This document shows positions 10,024-19,992 of a stretch of 64,000 nucleotides of DNA, in pieces. The position numbers were made by a program, and so were the translations under genes. Origin of the DNA: Gammaproteobacteria bacterium (lineage in GTDB: Bacteria > Pseudomonadota > Gammaproteobacteria > Ga0077536); NCBI GenBank assembly GCA_963662545.2, contig CAXXLL010000003.1, positions 1,728,001-1,792,000 on the forward strand, given 5' to 3'. The first letter of the stretch is position 1. Each line of letters opens with the position of its first letter. The notes under the pieces were generated by a model. It was not told the DNA's origin. It ran no database searches and saw only the letters and a list, made by a program, of their open reading frames with translations.

Positions 10024-11837
10024 AAGCGGTCGAGATACGCAGTGAATTCTTCGGCATCTGCGAACCCGACCAGCCGGTTACTTCTCAATTCCTGACCGTC
10101 CTTGAAAAACAGCACCGCCGGAGGACCGAACAGCTCATAGCGTGACAGCAGCGCCTGATCGGCCGCGTCGTTAGCCGTGACGTCGGCGCGGAGCAGCACC
10201 AGCTCATCAAGCCTCGCCGCCACGTTCGCGTCGGTAAAGGTCCGGCGTTCGAGAATTTTACATTCCACGCACCAATCGGCGTAGAAATCCAGCATTACAT
10301 CGCGGCCATCCCGGCTCGCGCGTTGTAGTTGAAGATCGAGGCTTTCGATGCCCTTGATCTCGATGAACCGTGCGGTCGCAGGCTCGTCCGCGCCGCCGCC
10401 CACGAGCGGTGCCAGCGGAAAGGCAAGATCCTTACCGCCGACCGAAGCACCCACGATAAGCACCGCACCGTAGAACAGCATCGCCAGCCCCATCCCCTTG
10501 CGGAAGCGGCGCCAGCCGCCGTCCGACCTATCCAGGGCGTCAAGCGCGCCCAGGAAAAGGGACGACCCGACCAACAGCAGTGCCCACAGGGCAAGCGTCG
10601 CGCGACCGGGCAGGATGCGTTCCAAAAACCAGATCGCCATGCCAAGGAAGATCACGCCGAAAACCTTACTGACGACCTCCATCCAGGCACCCGCAGGCGG
10701 CAGTAACGCGCCGGTCGAAGTGCCAAGCACGACTAACGGCAATCCCATGCCAAGGCCGAGGGCGAACAGGGCACCGCCGCCGACCACGGCGGATCCGGTC
10801 TGGCCGATATAGATCAGGATACCCGCGAGCGGGGGCGCCACGCACGGCCCGACGATGACTGCTGAGAGCACGCCCATCACCGCGACGCCCGCATAGGTCC
10901 CGCCGCGCTGCGAGCGGCTCATTGCATCGAGGCGCTTTTGCAGGCGCGCCGGCAGCTTGATTTCGTAGAAGCCGAACATCGACAGCGCCAGCAAGACGAA
11001 GATCAGGCTGAATCCGATGATCACGGACGGTTGCTGGAAAGCGGCCTGCAGATTGCGGCCCAGCAGCCCGGCCGCGACACCCGCAGCGGCGTATGTCACG
11101 GCCATGGCGAGAACATAAGTTGAAGACAAGGTAAAAGCGCGGCGTGTGTTCACGGGTTGTTTCTGACCGACGATGATGCCGGACAAGATCGGAACCATGG
11201 GGAACACGCAGGGTGTAAACGCCAGCAGCACACCGAGGCTCAGGAACGTCGCCATCATTACCGGCAAGGATCGCACCGCGAGTTCATTCGCTATGCGATC
11301 GGATTCCGAAAATCCGCCCGGGGGTTCGAGCCCGGTGTTCGACATCTCGCCCTGGATAGGCGAGAACGCAACCGTTTTTTTCAACGGGGGATAACAGATG
11401 CCGTCTTCCGCGCAACCCTGGTAGCCCACTTCGGCCTCGAGCAGAAATTCGCCCGCCGGCCACTGTTCAACTGGAACGCGGACGGCGACGTGGTTTCTGA
11501 AAATGGCGACCGAACCAAACCCGGGATCGTCTTTCATCTCGCCCGCGGGGAGATCGGGCGCAGCGAGGACCAGGCCGGCCGTCTGCGGCCTGACCTTCAT
11601 TTTGTTTCGATAGAGGTAGTAACCCGGTTCGATCGCCCAGGCGATCGTGAGCCTACCGTCGCTCGCGATCTCGTGGGTCATGACGAAGGCTTCGTCGACC
11701 GGCAGGAATTCGCGTTCGCCGGCGCTCGAACTCTGCCTGGTCAGACGCTCGAGTTCATCGAGTACTCCCGCCCACGCAGCGCCGCTCACGACGCAGAGCG
11801 TGAGTACAATCAGCGCGTAAGGGCTTGTTTTATCCAT
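10020..11837 (-). CDS. dsbD: Thiol:disulfide interchange protein DsbD
   Basis: QGCAEDGICYPP, FTPCVFPM, GPCVAPPL, DFYADWCVEC. Confidence 0.95.
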   Translation of the reverse strand: MDKTSPYALIVLTLCVVSGAAWAGVLDELERLTRQSSSAGEREFLPVDEAFVMTHEIASDGRLTIAWAIEPGYYLYRNKMKVRPQTAGLVLAAPDLPAGEMKDDPGFGSVAIFRNHVAVRVPVEQWPAGEFLLEAEVGYQGCAEDGICYPPLKKTVAFSPIQGEMSNTGLEPPGGFSESDRIANELAVRSLPVMMATFLSLGVLLAFTPCVFPMVPILSGIIVGQKQPVNTRRAFTLSSTYVLAMAVTYAAAGVAAGLLGRNLQAAFQQPSVIIGFSLIFVLLALSMFGFYEIKLPARLQKRLDAMSRSQRGGTYAGVAVMGVLSAVIVGPCVAPPLAGILIYIGQTGSAVVGGGALFALGLGMGLPLVVLGTSTGALLPPAGAWMEVVSKVFGVIFLGMAIWFLERILPGRATLALWALLLVGSSLFLGALDALDRSDGGWRRFRKGMGLAMLFYGAVLIVGASVGGKDLAFPLAPLVGGGADEPATARFIEIKGIESLDLQLQRASRDGRDVMLDFYADWCVECKILERRTFTDANVAARLDELVLLRADVTANDAADQALLSRYELFGPPAVLFFKDGQELRSNRLVGFADAEEFTAYLDRL

Positions 11838-12139
11838 TGGAGATAGGCTTCGGATCCGGTCTCGATAGAGACCGCGACGACCTCCGGGAGTTCATATGGA
11901 TGCCGGCTTTTCCAGAGGTTCTCAAGCGCACCATAAGCGTCGGCTGAGGTCTTGGCGAGCAGTAGGACTTCGGTTTCAGTTTCGATGGCGCCGTCCCATT
12001 CAAATATGGACGTGAGTCCCGGGATGATGTTGACACAGGCCGCAAGTTTCTGCTCCACCGCTTCGCGGGCGAGCATTTCACCGGTTTGTTGATCAGGGCA
12101 GGTGCATAAAACGATGAGAGCCAAAGGGCGAGTTGCCAT
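11810..12139 (-). CDS. cutA: Divalent-cation tolerance protein CutA
   Basis: LAACVNI, HPYELPEV; cutA-dsbD synteny. Confidence 0.93.
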   Translation of the reverse strand: MATRPLALIVLCTCPDQQTGEMLAREAVEQKLAACVNIIPGLTSIFEWDGAIETETEVLLLAKTSADAYGALENLWKSRHPYELPEVVAVSIETGSEAYLQWIKQALTR

Positions 12140-12306
12140 GCTTTTCCGGCCACTGTGACGACCGTGTTATTGTAATCTGCCTGCCGCATGACTATCTAAT
12201 CTCGGGAAAAGTGTCGTGCCGGCACAATTCCATTTGAACACGGTATTTGAAACCGTCCATGCTCCGCGTGATCGAGGGCTGCCGTTTAACAACAAGAGAT
12301 CCTAAG

Positions 12307-12738
12307 GTGCCGCCATTCTTCGTCTTGTTCGTGCTGCTGTTAAGCGTTCCGCTCATGGAGATCTTCGTACTGATCGAAGTCGGGCGTTCGATCGGTACGT
12401 CAACGACTGTCGCGCTGGTCGTGTTGACCGCCGTGATCGGGGCCTGGCTATTGCGCTGGCAGGGGCTGCATACACTGGCCCGCGTACAGGCGGCGATAAG
12501 CCGCAGAGAACTGCCCGCCATCGAACTCATCGAGGGGCTGATCCTGATCGTGACCGGCGTACTTCTGCTGACCCCGGGGTTCGTAACCGACGCCATCGGT
12601 TTTGCCTGCCTGCTACCCGCCGTTCGGCGGGGCTTTGCGATGCGGCTCGCGAATCGATTCATTATCCAACAGGTCCGTACCCATAGCGGCGGCGATCGTA
12701 CGATCGAAGGCGAGTACCGCATCGAAGACGATCGGTAA
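12307..12738 (+). CDS. fxsA: FxsA membrane protein
   Basis: EIFVLIEVG...LLLTPGFVTD...TIEGEY; divergent from cutA. Confidence 0.9.
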   Translation: MPPFFVLFVLLLSVPLMEIFVLIEVGRSIGTSTTVALVVLTAVIGAWLLRWQGLHTLARVQAAISRRELPAIELIEGLILIVTGVLLLTPGFVTDAIGFACLLPAVRRGFAMRLANRFIIQQVRTHSGGDRTIEGEYRIEDDR

Positions 12739-12739
12739 G

Positions 12740-13100
12740 GCCTCCGAGGAAATGCGCGATCACAACCGCCGCGAAGACTCTTGTAGCGGCGCCGGTTCAC
12801 TGGACTTAAAGCACAGTGCCGGTGGTATGACTGAAATCGAATTTATGGTCGAATACGCGGTCCTCAGGTGGGCGCGCGATCATCCGCCGCCGCCCACTTG
12901 GACCGCTAACATCCGGTTACTCGAGACCATTGTTGACTTCGGGCGCATGTCGGTAGCCGCTTGTCGGTGCCTGTACGACGCCGGTTTCACCCATCGAGTC
13001 GATTTTCTTCGATGCGCCTGGTAGCAGCTGGAAAGCTAGGTCAAAGAAGGCTGGTTTCAGGAATGTCACTATGGAAATCTGCAGCGCGGTATTCACTTGA
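12740..13100 (+). pseudogene. glnE: C-terminal remnant of glutamine synthetase adenylyltransferase
   Basis: DLKHSAGGMTEIEFMVEYAVLRWARDHP..WTANIRLLE resembles the GlnE C-terminus; internal TAG; directly upstream of ilvE. Confidence 0.75.
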
Positions 13101-13124
13101 TCGTCGAATCTGGAGGACATCACG

Positions 13125-14048
13125 ATGAGCTACGCCGACCGTGACGGTGTGATCTGGATGGATGGACGCATGGTTCCCTGGCGTGAAGCCAAGGTGCACG
13201 TTTTGACCCATACGCTGCACTACGGCGTCGGCGCATTCGAGGGGATCCGGGCTTACAAAACGCCGCGGGGAACAGCGCTCTTTCGCCTCGACGACCATAT
13301 TCAGCGGCTTTACAACACCGCGCACATCCTCGAAATGGACATTCCCTACGAATTCGCGGTCATTCGGCAGGCTTGCATCGACGCCATCCGAGAGAACGGC
13401 CTGGAAACGGGTTATGTGCGCCCGCTGGTTTATTACGGATCGGAGGGCATGGGCCTGCATGCCGACAACCTGTCGGTACATGTCAGCATCGCCGCCTGGG
13501 TCTGGGGTGTGTACCTCGGCGCCGACGCGCTGGAACGCGGCATTCGGATCAAAACGTCTTCCTATACGCGACACCTGGTGAACAGCATCATGTGCCGCGC
13601 CAAGGCATGCGGCAACTACATCAATTCGATCATGGCCTTGCAGGAAGCCGCGCGCGACGGTTACGACGAAGCGCTGTTGCTCGACAACGAAGGCATGGTT
13701 GCTGAAGGCAGCGGCGAAAACATCTTCATCGTTCGCAAAGGCATCATATACACGCCGGATATCACGTCCGCTCTCGAGGGCATAACGCGCGAGACTGTCA
13801 TGAGCCTGGCGGCCGAAGAGGGGTTCCAAGTTGTCGAAAAGCGCATTACACGAGACGACGTCTACATCGCCAACGAAGCGTTCTTCACCGGGACGGCAGC
13901 GGAAGTCACCCCTATCCGTGAACTCGACAATCGCCAGATTGGCCAGGGTTCCATCGGCCCGATCACGCGCCAATTGCAGCAAGCTTATCTCGATCTTGTG
14001 GAAGGGCGACGCCAAGGCCCGAGTGAATGGTTAACCATCGTCGACTAA
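13125..14048 (+). CDS. ilvE: Branched-chain amino acid aminotransferase
   Basis: LHYGVGAFEG, AKACGNY, EGSGENIF, LEGITR, FTGTAAEV. Confidence 0.96.
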   Translation: MSYADRDGVIWMDGRMVPWREAKVHVLTHTLHYGVGAFEGIRAYKTPRGTALFRLDDHIQRLYNTAHILEMDIPYEFAVIRQACIDAIRENGLETGYVRPLVYYGSEGMGLHADNLSVHVSIAAWVWGVYLGADALERGIRIKTSSYTRHLVNSIMCRAKACGNYINSIMALQEAARDGYDEALLLDNEGMVAEGSGENIFIVRKGIIYTPDITSALEGITRETVMSLAAEEGFQVVEKRITRDDVYIANEAFFTGTAAEVTPIRELDNRQIGQGSIGPITRQLQQAYLDLVEGRRQGPSEWLTIVD

Positions 14049-14081
14049 CGTTCGCGCTTTGAGCCCGGCGCCGGATCGACG

Positions 14082-15020
14082 ATGAAGCAAAGCATCGTAA
14101 TTTGGCGCTTGACAGACGGTAAACAAGGCCACGAACGACAGACCGAAGGGCTCGCGAAGGCGCTCGCTTCACGCGTGACGGTCGAGGTCGGCACGATCGC
14201 CGTTCCCCCATCGCGCGCGCGCGGTTTCATGGAATTCTGTCTTGGCACTTTTCACCGCGGCGCCAAGTTGCCGACCCCCGTATTGATCATCGGCGCGGGT
14301 GCTGCGTGCCAGTGGCCGCTACTGGCCGCCCGCAGGGCGCGCGGCGGTCGTGCCGTCTATCTCATGCGCCCGGCATTACCGCCGGCATGGTTCGATCTCT
14401 GCATAGTGCCCAAGCATGACCGGCCCAAGGAGAGCCCCAAGCTCATCGTCAGCGACGGTCCGCTGAACCCGATGGAAAGGAGGTCGAATCAGCGTCAGGA
14501 TCGCGGGCTCATTCTCCTGGGCGGCCCCTCGTCGCATCACGCCTGGGATACTCCCGCGGTGGTACGCGACGTGCTCGCCATCGTCGATCGGCGACCGGAG
14601 ATCGCCTGGCAGATTTCAGATTCGAGGCGCTCGCCTAAGGATCTAGGTGAAGCCATGTCGGCGCTGTCGCGGACGAACGTCCGCTTCGTGCCTAACGCGG
14701 AGACGACCGGCGCCTGGCTGCCCGAAACGCTGGGGCGGGCGCGTTATGTCTGGGTCAGCGGTGACAGCGTCGCCATGATCTACGAGGCCCTGACGGCGGG
14801 TGCGAAAGTTGGCATCATCGAGGTCCCCGCCAAGCGGCGTGATCGCATCACCAGCGGCGTCAAGGACCTCAAAGCGGCGGGGCGAGTCGCGACCCTGGCC
14901 GATTGGGCGCGGGACGGCGACCTGAAGCTCGATGACTCGCCGTTGGACGAAGCGGGTCGCTGCGCCGATGTCATTCTCGATCGATGGCCGGATATCCGCA
15001 GCGGGAAACGTCCGGCTTGA
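14082..15020 (+). CDS. ELM1/GtrOC1-family protein
   Basis: TDGKQGHERQ, FDLCIVPKHD, LLGGPS, SRRSP, DSVAMIYEA. Confidence 0.85.
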   Translation: MKQSIVIWRLTDGKQGHERQTEGLAKALASRVTVEVGTIAVPPSRARGFMEFCLGTFHRGAKLPTPVLIIGAGAACQWPLLAARRARGGRAVYLMRPALPPAWFDLCIVPKHDRPKESPKLIVSDGPLNPMERRSNQRQDRGLILLGGPSSHHAWDTPAVVRDVLAIVDRRPEIAWQISDSRRSPKDLGEAMSALSRTNVRFVPNAETTGAWLPETLGRARYVWVSGDSVAMIYEALTAGAKVGIIEVPAKRRDRITSGVKDLKAAGRVATLADWARDGDLKLDDSPLDEAGRCADVILDRWPDIRSGKRPA

Positions 15021-16144
15021 TCGCGCACCGCTTAACCGTCATGCAACTGCTGCCCGAACTCGAGGTCGGTGGTGTCGAGCGCGGCACGCTCGAGATCGCT
15101 GCCGCGCTATGCCGCGCCGGACACCGCGCGCTGGTCGTCTGCGCGCCGGGCCGACTGGTCGAGGAACTCGAGAGCTGCGGCGCCGAACACATTTCCTTAG
15201 CGATCGGCGAGAAGCGGATCGGGAGCCTTCGACACGTCCGCAGCCTGCGCAAGCTCATCGTCGAGCGGCAGGTCGACATCGTGCATGCACGTTCCCGGCT
15301 CCCTGCGTGGCTGGGACATTTGGCCTGCAAGCGCCTGAGCGACGTCGCGCGGCCGGCTTGGGTGACGACCGTTCACGGTCCATACAGCGTTAACCCTTAC
15401 AGCCGCATCATGGTCACCGGAGAAGTCGTGATCGCGATATCAGAATTCATCAAGCGTTACATCGTCGATTCGTACCGGGGAATCGAGGCTCACCGTATCG
15501 AGGTGATCCCGCGCGGTGTCGACCGCAATAAATTCCGTTTTGGATTCACGCCGCCGACGGCATGGATGTCGGCTTGGCAAGCCGACCACCCGGCCCTAGC
15601 CGGAAAAGCCCTGTTAACCTTGCCGGCGCGCCTCACCCGCTGGAAGGGCCAGCTCGACTTCATCGAAATGATCGCGCGATTGCGCCGCCGCGATGCAAAC
15701 GTGCATGGCCTCATTCCGGGGGCCGAGCACCGAGGTCGGGGATCTTTCGAAGACGAACTCAAACACGCCGTCCAGCGATTGGGGCTAGCCCGGGATATCA
15801 CTTTTTTGGGCCACCGGCGCGATCTCCGCGAGATCCTCGCGATATCCGACATCGCCTATTCACTGGCGCGGGAGCCGGAAGCCTTCGGACGCACGACAGT
15901 GGAGGCCCTGAGCCTGGGAACACCTGTGATCGGTTTCGAACACGGTGGAACCGTGGAAATTCTGCGGAGCGTTTTTCCGCAGGGGCTCGTAAACGTGGGC
16001 GATGTCGCGGCGGCCGCCGACCTTACGGCGCAACTCTTAGAATCCCAGCCGCAGTTGCCGCGGGAGCATCCGTTTACGCTCACGCGGATGCAGGATGCTA
16101 CGCTGTCCGTCTATCAGCGCTTGTCACATCACCAGCGCGTGTAA
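15017..16144 (+). CDS. Glycosyltransferase family 4
   Basis: GGVERGT, HARSRLPAW, PARLTRWKG, EAFGRTTVEA. Confidence 0.9.
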   Translation: MIAHRLTVMQLLPELEVGGVERGTLEIAAALCRAGHRALVVCAPGRLVEELESCGAEHISLAIGEKRIGSLRHVRSLRKLIVERQVDIVHARSRLPAWLGHLACKRLSDVARPAWVTTVHGPYSVNPYSRIMVTGEVVIAISEFIKRYIVDSYRGIEAHRIEVIPRGVDRNKFRFGFTPPTAWMSAWQADHPALAGKALLTLPARLTRWKGQLDFIEMIARLRRRDANVHGLIPGAEHRGRGSFEDELKHAVQRLGLARDITFLGHRRDLREILAISDIAYSLAREPEAFGRTTVEALSLGTPVIGFEHGGTVEILRSVFPQGLVNVGDVAAAADLTAQLLESQPQLPREHPFTLTRMQDATLSVYQRLSHHQRV

Positions 16145-16944
16145 TCGTAGCCGAAATCGTGGCGCAGACACGCCGTTAAGACCTTGGTCAGGAACGCTTT
16201 TCCCGCCTCGTCGAAAAATGCATGTGGAGCGGCCGTTTCCGATCGCACGGCGCCCGGGGGGCGTAGCGGATCGTCTTTTTCCTGCATCAAGGGGCGGGTC
16301 GAGACTGCGACCCCGTGTTCAATGGCCGCGTGCGAGAGGTCGAGGTCGAGGTCATGCGCGATGCGTTCGAGTTCACCCGCAGCATCGTTTGCTAGCGTTT
16401 CGTAGCGAATCACAGTCACCCGTTTCGGTACCTTCTGTCGGACTTCGCCCCAGCTGTTGAGGAAACGCAGCGACCACCAGAGGTCGTGGTTAAACATGCG
16501 TCCGCGCGTATCCCCCGCGAGATACTCCGAAAACGACACCCCATAGGCGCTCCGCCACTTCGTGTAGTTCGACGCCAGGGCCGTCCTGATGTCGCGTACC
16601 AGAACGACGTAGCGCGGCAGCTTGCAGAGCCCGTGAACGCTTGCGAATCTGAGCAGCGGGTGCGCGATCGTATGACTGGCGATGATGCGGGGTAGCTGCG
16701 GATAGAGCGGTAAGTCCTTCGGTCCGCCGATGATGTCATTGGCATGATTGTAGGCCGGCGGTGGCGTCCCGTATTGATGAGATAATGCATTGGCCAACAT
16801 GAACTTGAGCCAATGAGTACCGGATTGATGCATGCTCAGCAGATGGCCGACGCAATGTCGATGCTTGATCAACGCGAAGTTACCCAGATTTCTGCGCCAG
16901 GCGTGCAGTCGAAAACGGAAGATCAGCGGTTGTGGATCTAGCAT
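16129..16944 (-). CDS. Sulfotransferase-domain protein
   Basis: PAPS-binding-like SMHQSGTHWL, VLVRDIR...S and IRYETL motifs. Confidence 0.7.
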   Translation of the reverse strand: MLDPQPLIFRFRLHAWRRNLGNFALIKHRHCVGHLLSMHQSGTHWLKFMLANALSHQYGTPPPAYNHANDIIGGPKDLPLYPQLPRIIASHTIAHPLLRFASVHGLCKLPRYVVLVRDIRTALASNYTKWRSAYGVSFSEYLAGDTRGRMFNHDLWWSLRFLNSWGEVRQKVPKRVTVIRYETLANDAAGELERIAHDLDLDLSHAAIEHGVAVSTRPLMQEKDDPLRPPGAVRSETAAPHAFFDEAGKAFLTKVLTACLRHDFGYDYTRW

Positions 16945-16998
16945 GCCAGGTCAGCCGCGCGCGAGCCGTGACGCGGATATGAACCGACCAGCGCCACG

Positions 16999-17964
16999 AT
17001 GAACCGCGTCCTCGTGATCAAACTGCGTGCGCTGGGCGACGTTGTCATGTCGACGCCGCTGATAGACGCCATTCAGAAGTTCCATCACAACGCTGAACTT
17101 CACTTGCTGACGACGCCGGCGTTCGCGCCGTTGTTTGACGCGTGGCCGAATCTGGAGGTCGCATCGTTTCCCCGCCGCGGCTGGCGCAGTATGTTCAAGC
17201 TCGTCCGCTGGTTACGTCAGGCTGAATTCGATCGTATCTACGATCTGCAAGGTAACGATCGAACGGCCATCTGGTGCGCATTATCCGGCTCGCCTGAACG
17301 CGTCGGTAACCATAACAGATACCCCAATACCCATCACCCGCCGAACGCCTGGCATGGACAATGTCACATCTTCGATCGCATGGTGGCGGTTCTTGCCAGC
17401 GCCGGGATCTCTGAGGTCGACCGTAGGCCCGTGCTCCCGCGCGGCAAAGACGAACAGCACCACGTCGAACAATGGCTCGCTAGGAAGCATCTCGGCGCCG
17501 GCGGTTTCGCCATCCTGCATGCGGGCGCGAGCATCGCACGGCGTGACAAGATCTGGCCGCATTTCGCGACCCTGGCCGAGCGAATTGCGGAAAGCGGAAT
17601 GCGCATCGTATGGATAGGAGGCGAACCAGATCGTGAGCGCAATGCCGCACTCGCGGCAGCCACCGGAATCGATTCGACCGGGGAATTCAGCGTCACGGAG
17701 ATCGCCGCGCTCGGCGAACACGCGCGCTTTGCCGTCACCAACGACTCCGGCCCCATGCACGTGCTATCCGCATCACGTATCCCTGTGTTCGGCTTGTTCG
17801 GGCCGAGCGACTGGCACCGCAATCATGCGCTCGGGCAGGTCGATCGCGTCATCGCCTGCGTTGAACACGATGCGGCCTACAGCAGCAAGGCGTCTGCCGA
17901 CTGTCTTGCGTCGATTCCACCGGAAGTCGTCCATGCGCGGCTCGTCGCCGAAAACCTTTTGTGA
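16999..17964 (+). CDS. Glycosyltransferase family 9 (heptosyltransferase-like)
   Basis: LRALGDVV, NDSGPMH, LFGPS. Confidence 0.9.
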   Translation: MNRVLVIKLRALGDVVMSTPLIDAIQKFHHNAELHLLTTPAFAPLFDAWPNLEVASFPRRGWRSMFKLVRWLRQAEFDRIYDLQGNDRTAIWCALSGSPERVGNHNRYPNTHHPPNAWHGQCHIFDRMVAVLASAGISEVDRRPVLPRGKDEQHHVEQWLARKHLGAGGFAILHAGASIARRDKIWPHFATLAERIAESGMRIVWIGGEPDRERNAALAAATGIDSTGEFSVTEIAALGEHARFAVTNDSGPMHVLSASRIPVFGLFGPSDWHRNHALGQVDRVIACVEHDAAYSSKASADCLASIPPEVVHARLVAENLL

Positions 17965-18009
17965 GCTTGACAGGTCGGTGGTTCTACACGGTGTTGCCGT
18001 TATCGTGCT

Positions 18010-19044
18010 CTACTGCTTTGTGAGATCGTCGTAGACCTCAAGGTAGCGGTCAATAACCGTCTTCGCGTCGAATTTCTCACTGAAACGGCGTTGTGCTTTG
18101 CGCGCACGCTCGGCAGCTTCGTGTGGGTTACGTGCGATGTTGGTGATTGCGCGGGCGAGGCCTTCCGGATCGTCGCGCTCGACGAGCAGCGCCGTTTCCT
18201 CATTCAAGACTTCGAGCGGACCGCTTGTACGCGTAGCTACAATGGGCACGCCGCAGGCCATCGCTTCGAGCAGCGCAATACCGAATGGTTCTTCCCGTGA
18301 CGGTAGAACGAAGACGTGCGCGTTTGAAAGAAAACTCTCTACATCGTCAGTCCATCCGGGGAAGCTCACTTTGTCGAGTAACTCGAGTTCGCCGGCAAGC
18401 GCTCCCAGAATCCGTTCCTGCGGCCCAGCGCCAGCGATCTCGAGCCGCGCGTCGACACCGGCGACAACAACGCGCGCGACGGCATGCAACAAAAGATCAA
18501 ATCCCTTTTTCTCGACAAAACGTCCCAGTGACTTGATGACGAGGGCTTCGCCCGCCGAGCGCTCGGTGCCGGCGGTCGGTTCGAACGCACAAAAATTGGG
18601 TATTTTCACGATAGCTGTCGCCGGGATCCCGTTTTCGAGAAGGTAGGTCTGCTGTTCGTTTGTGGTCGCAACCAGGCGATCTATGTAACGGTAATAACCG
18701 AGCTTCACCAAATTGTGCGTTTTCGCCAGTGTCGGCGCAGTGCCGTGCGCGGCACGTCCCCCGAGGTATGCCGCCCGCGCAAGATGCGTTTGCACGAGGT
18801 CGGGAGCGAAGCGCACCAGATGCTGCTTGATTCGAAAACTGCACAGCCAATCCCAGACCCCACGACACTTAATCCGCTCGCATTGTATGTTCGCATGACG
18901 CGGTAGTTTTCCCAGCGCCTCACCACGCGGATCGCCAATCGCAAGTACCTGCAAACCACGTTCGGCGAGCCCGATGGTCAAATCGACGAAAGAACGCTCG
19001 GCGCCGCCGAAACGTTTTGCCAGCATGATCTGCGCCACTCGCAT
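18010..19044 (-). CDS. Glycosyltransferase family 4
   Basis: FGGAER, GRFVEKKGFD, EPFGIALLEAM. Confidence 0.9.
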   Translation of the reverse strand: MRVAQIMLAKRFGGAERSFVDLTIGLAERGLQVLAIGDPRGEALGKLPRHANIQCERIKCRGVWDWLCSFRIKQHLVRFAPDLVQTHLARAAYLGGRAAHGTAPTLAKTHNLVKLGYYRYIDRLVATTNEQQTYLLENGIPATAIVKIPNFCAFEPTAGTERSAGEALVIKSLGRFVEKKGFDLLLHAVARVVVAGVDARLEIAGAGPQERILGALAGELELLDKVSFPGWTDDVESFLSNAHVFVLPSREEPFGIALLEAMACGVPIVATRTSGPLEVLNEETALLVERDDPEGLARAITNIARNPHEAAERARKAQRRFSEKFDAKTVIDRYLEVYDDLTKQ

Positions 19045-19049
19045 TGGCG

Positions 19050-19985
19050 TCAGGCTTCCGTGGGCGACGAAAGCGCGCACAGGCTTTCGAACACCTGGGC
19101 CGGCAGAAGGTCGTCTAACTGGCGGTCCGGGGCCAAGACCACGCGTGCGCTAAGGCCCCAGGGGCGGTAGCGTTCCGGCCGTCCGGGCCCAAATACCGTC
19201 ACCGTCGGGATCGACAGTGCCGCGGCCATGTGACCGAGTCCGGAATCATTACCGACAAACGCCGTAGCACGTGCAATCGCCGCGCAGGCCGTCGGTAAAT
19301 CGGTGACCCCAACCAGGTTGCACACCGGCAAGTCGAGGTCTTCCAGCGATCGAGAAGCGGGCTGATCGTCGGCCGATCCCAGAATGACCGCCCCGTCGAA
19401 AGCGGTGGCCGCCATTTGCAGCAATTCGTGGTAGTGCCGACTAGGCCATCTTTTGCCCCGCCAGTTCGCGCCCGGCGCTACCGCCAGCCAGGTTTTTCCG
19501 GGGAGCGCATCGAGGAGTTCTTCGGCACGCAGACGTGCGTTCTCGGCGAGGTGCAGTCGGCATGGCGGAATCTCTGCGCCGGACGGCAATACGGATCGAA
19601 CGACCTCGAAATGTTCTTCGACCGCGTGGACACCCGGAACAGCGGTGCGTAGTTTGATCAGGCAGCGCTCGGCGCGCAGCAGGTAGGGGATGAGTGGGGT
19701 TCGCAGATCGACGATCAACACGTAGCGGCGGCCGCGCAGACGTTTGACCAGCTCGAACTGGGCAGTCCAGCCAGCGCGCTTGTCTCGTATGAAGAGTTCA
19801 CCGATATAAGGCGCGCTGGCGAGCAGTTCACAGGAACGCGCATCCGCGAGGCAATCGATCGGGCAATCGGGATATTGGCGGCTCAAGGCCTCGAACACCG
19901 GCGTGGTCATGACCAGGTCCCCGATATTGCTCAAGGTGATGACGAGCAGTCGCCCGTTTTCCCTTCGACCCATTACTTTGACCAC
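19050..19985 (-). CDS. Glycosyltransferase family 9
   Basis: SNIGDLVMTTP, PGANWRGKRWP, NDSGLGH. Confidence 0.9.
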   Translation of the reverse strand: MVKVMGRRENGRLLVITLSNIGDLVMTTPVFEALSRQYPDCPIDCLADARSCELLASAPYIGELFIRDKRAGWTAQFELVKRLRGRRYVLIVDLRTPLIPYLLRAERCLIKLRTAVPGVHAVEEHFEVVRSVLPSGAEIPPCRLHLAENARLRAEELLDALPGKTWLAVAPGANWRGKRWPSRHYHELLQMAATAFDGAVILGSADDQPASRSLEDLDLPVCNLVGVTDLPTACAAIARATAFVGNDSGLGHMAAALSIPTVTVFGPGRPERYRPWGLSARVVLAPDRQLDDLLPAQVFESLCALSSPTEA

Positions 19986-19992
19986 GATGCGA

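Noticed and set aside
13041-14015. 324-aa minus-strand ORF
   Set aside because: Antisense shadow of ilvE
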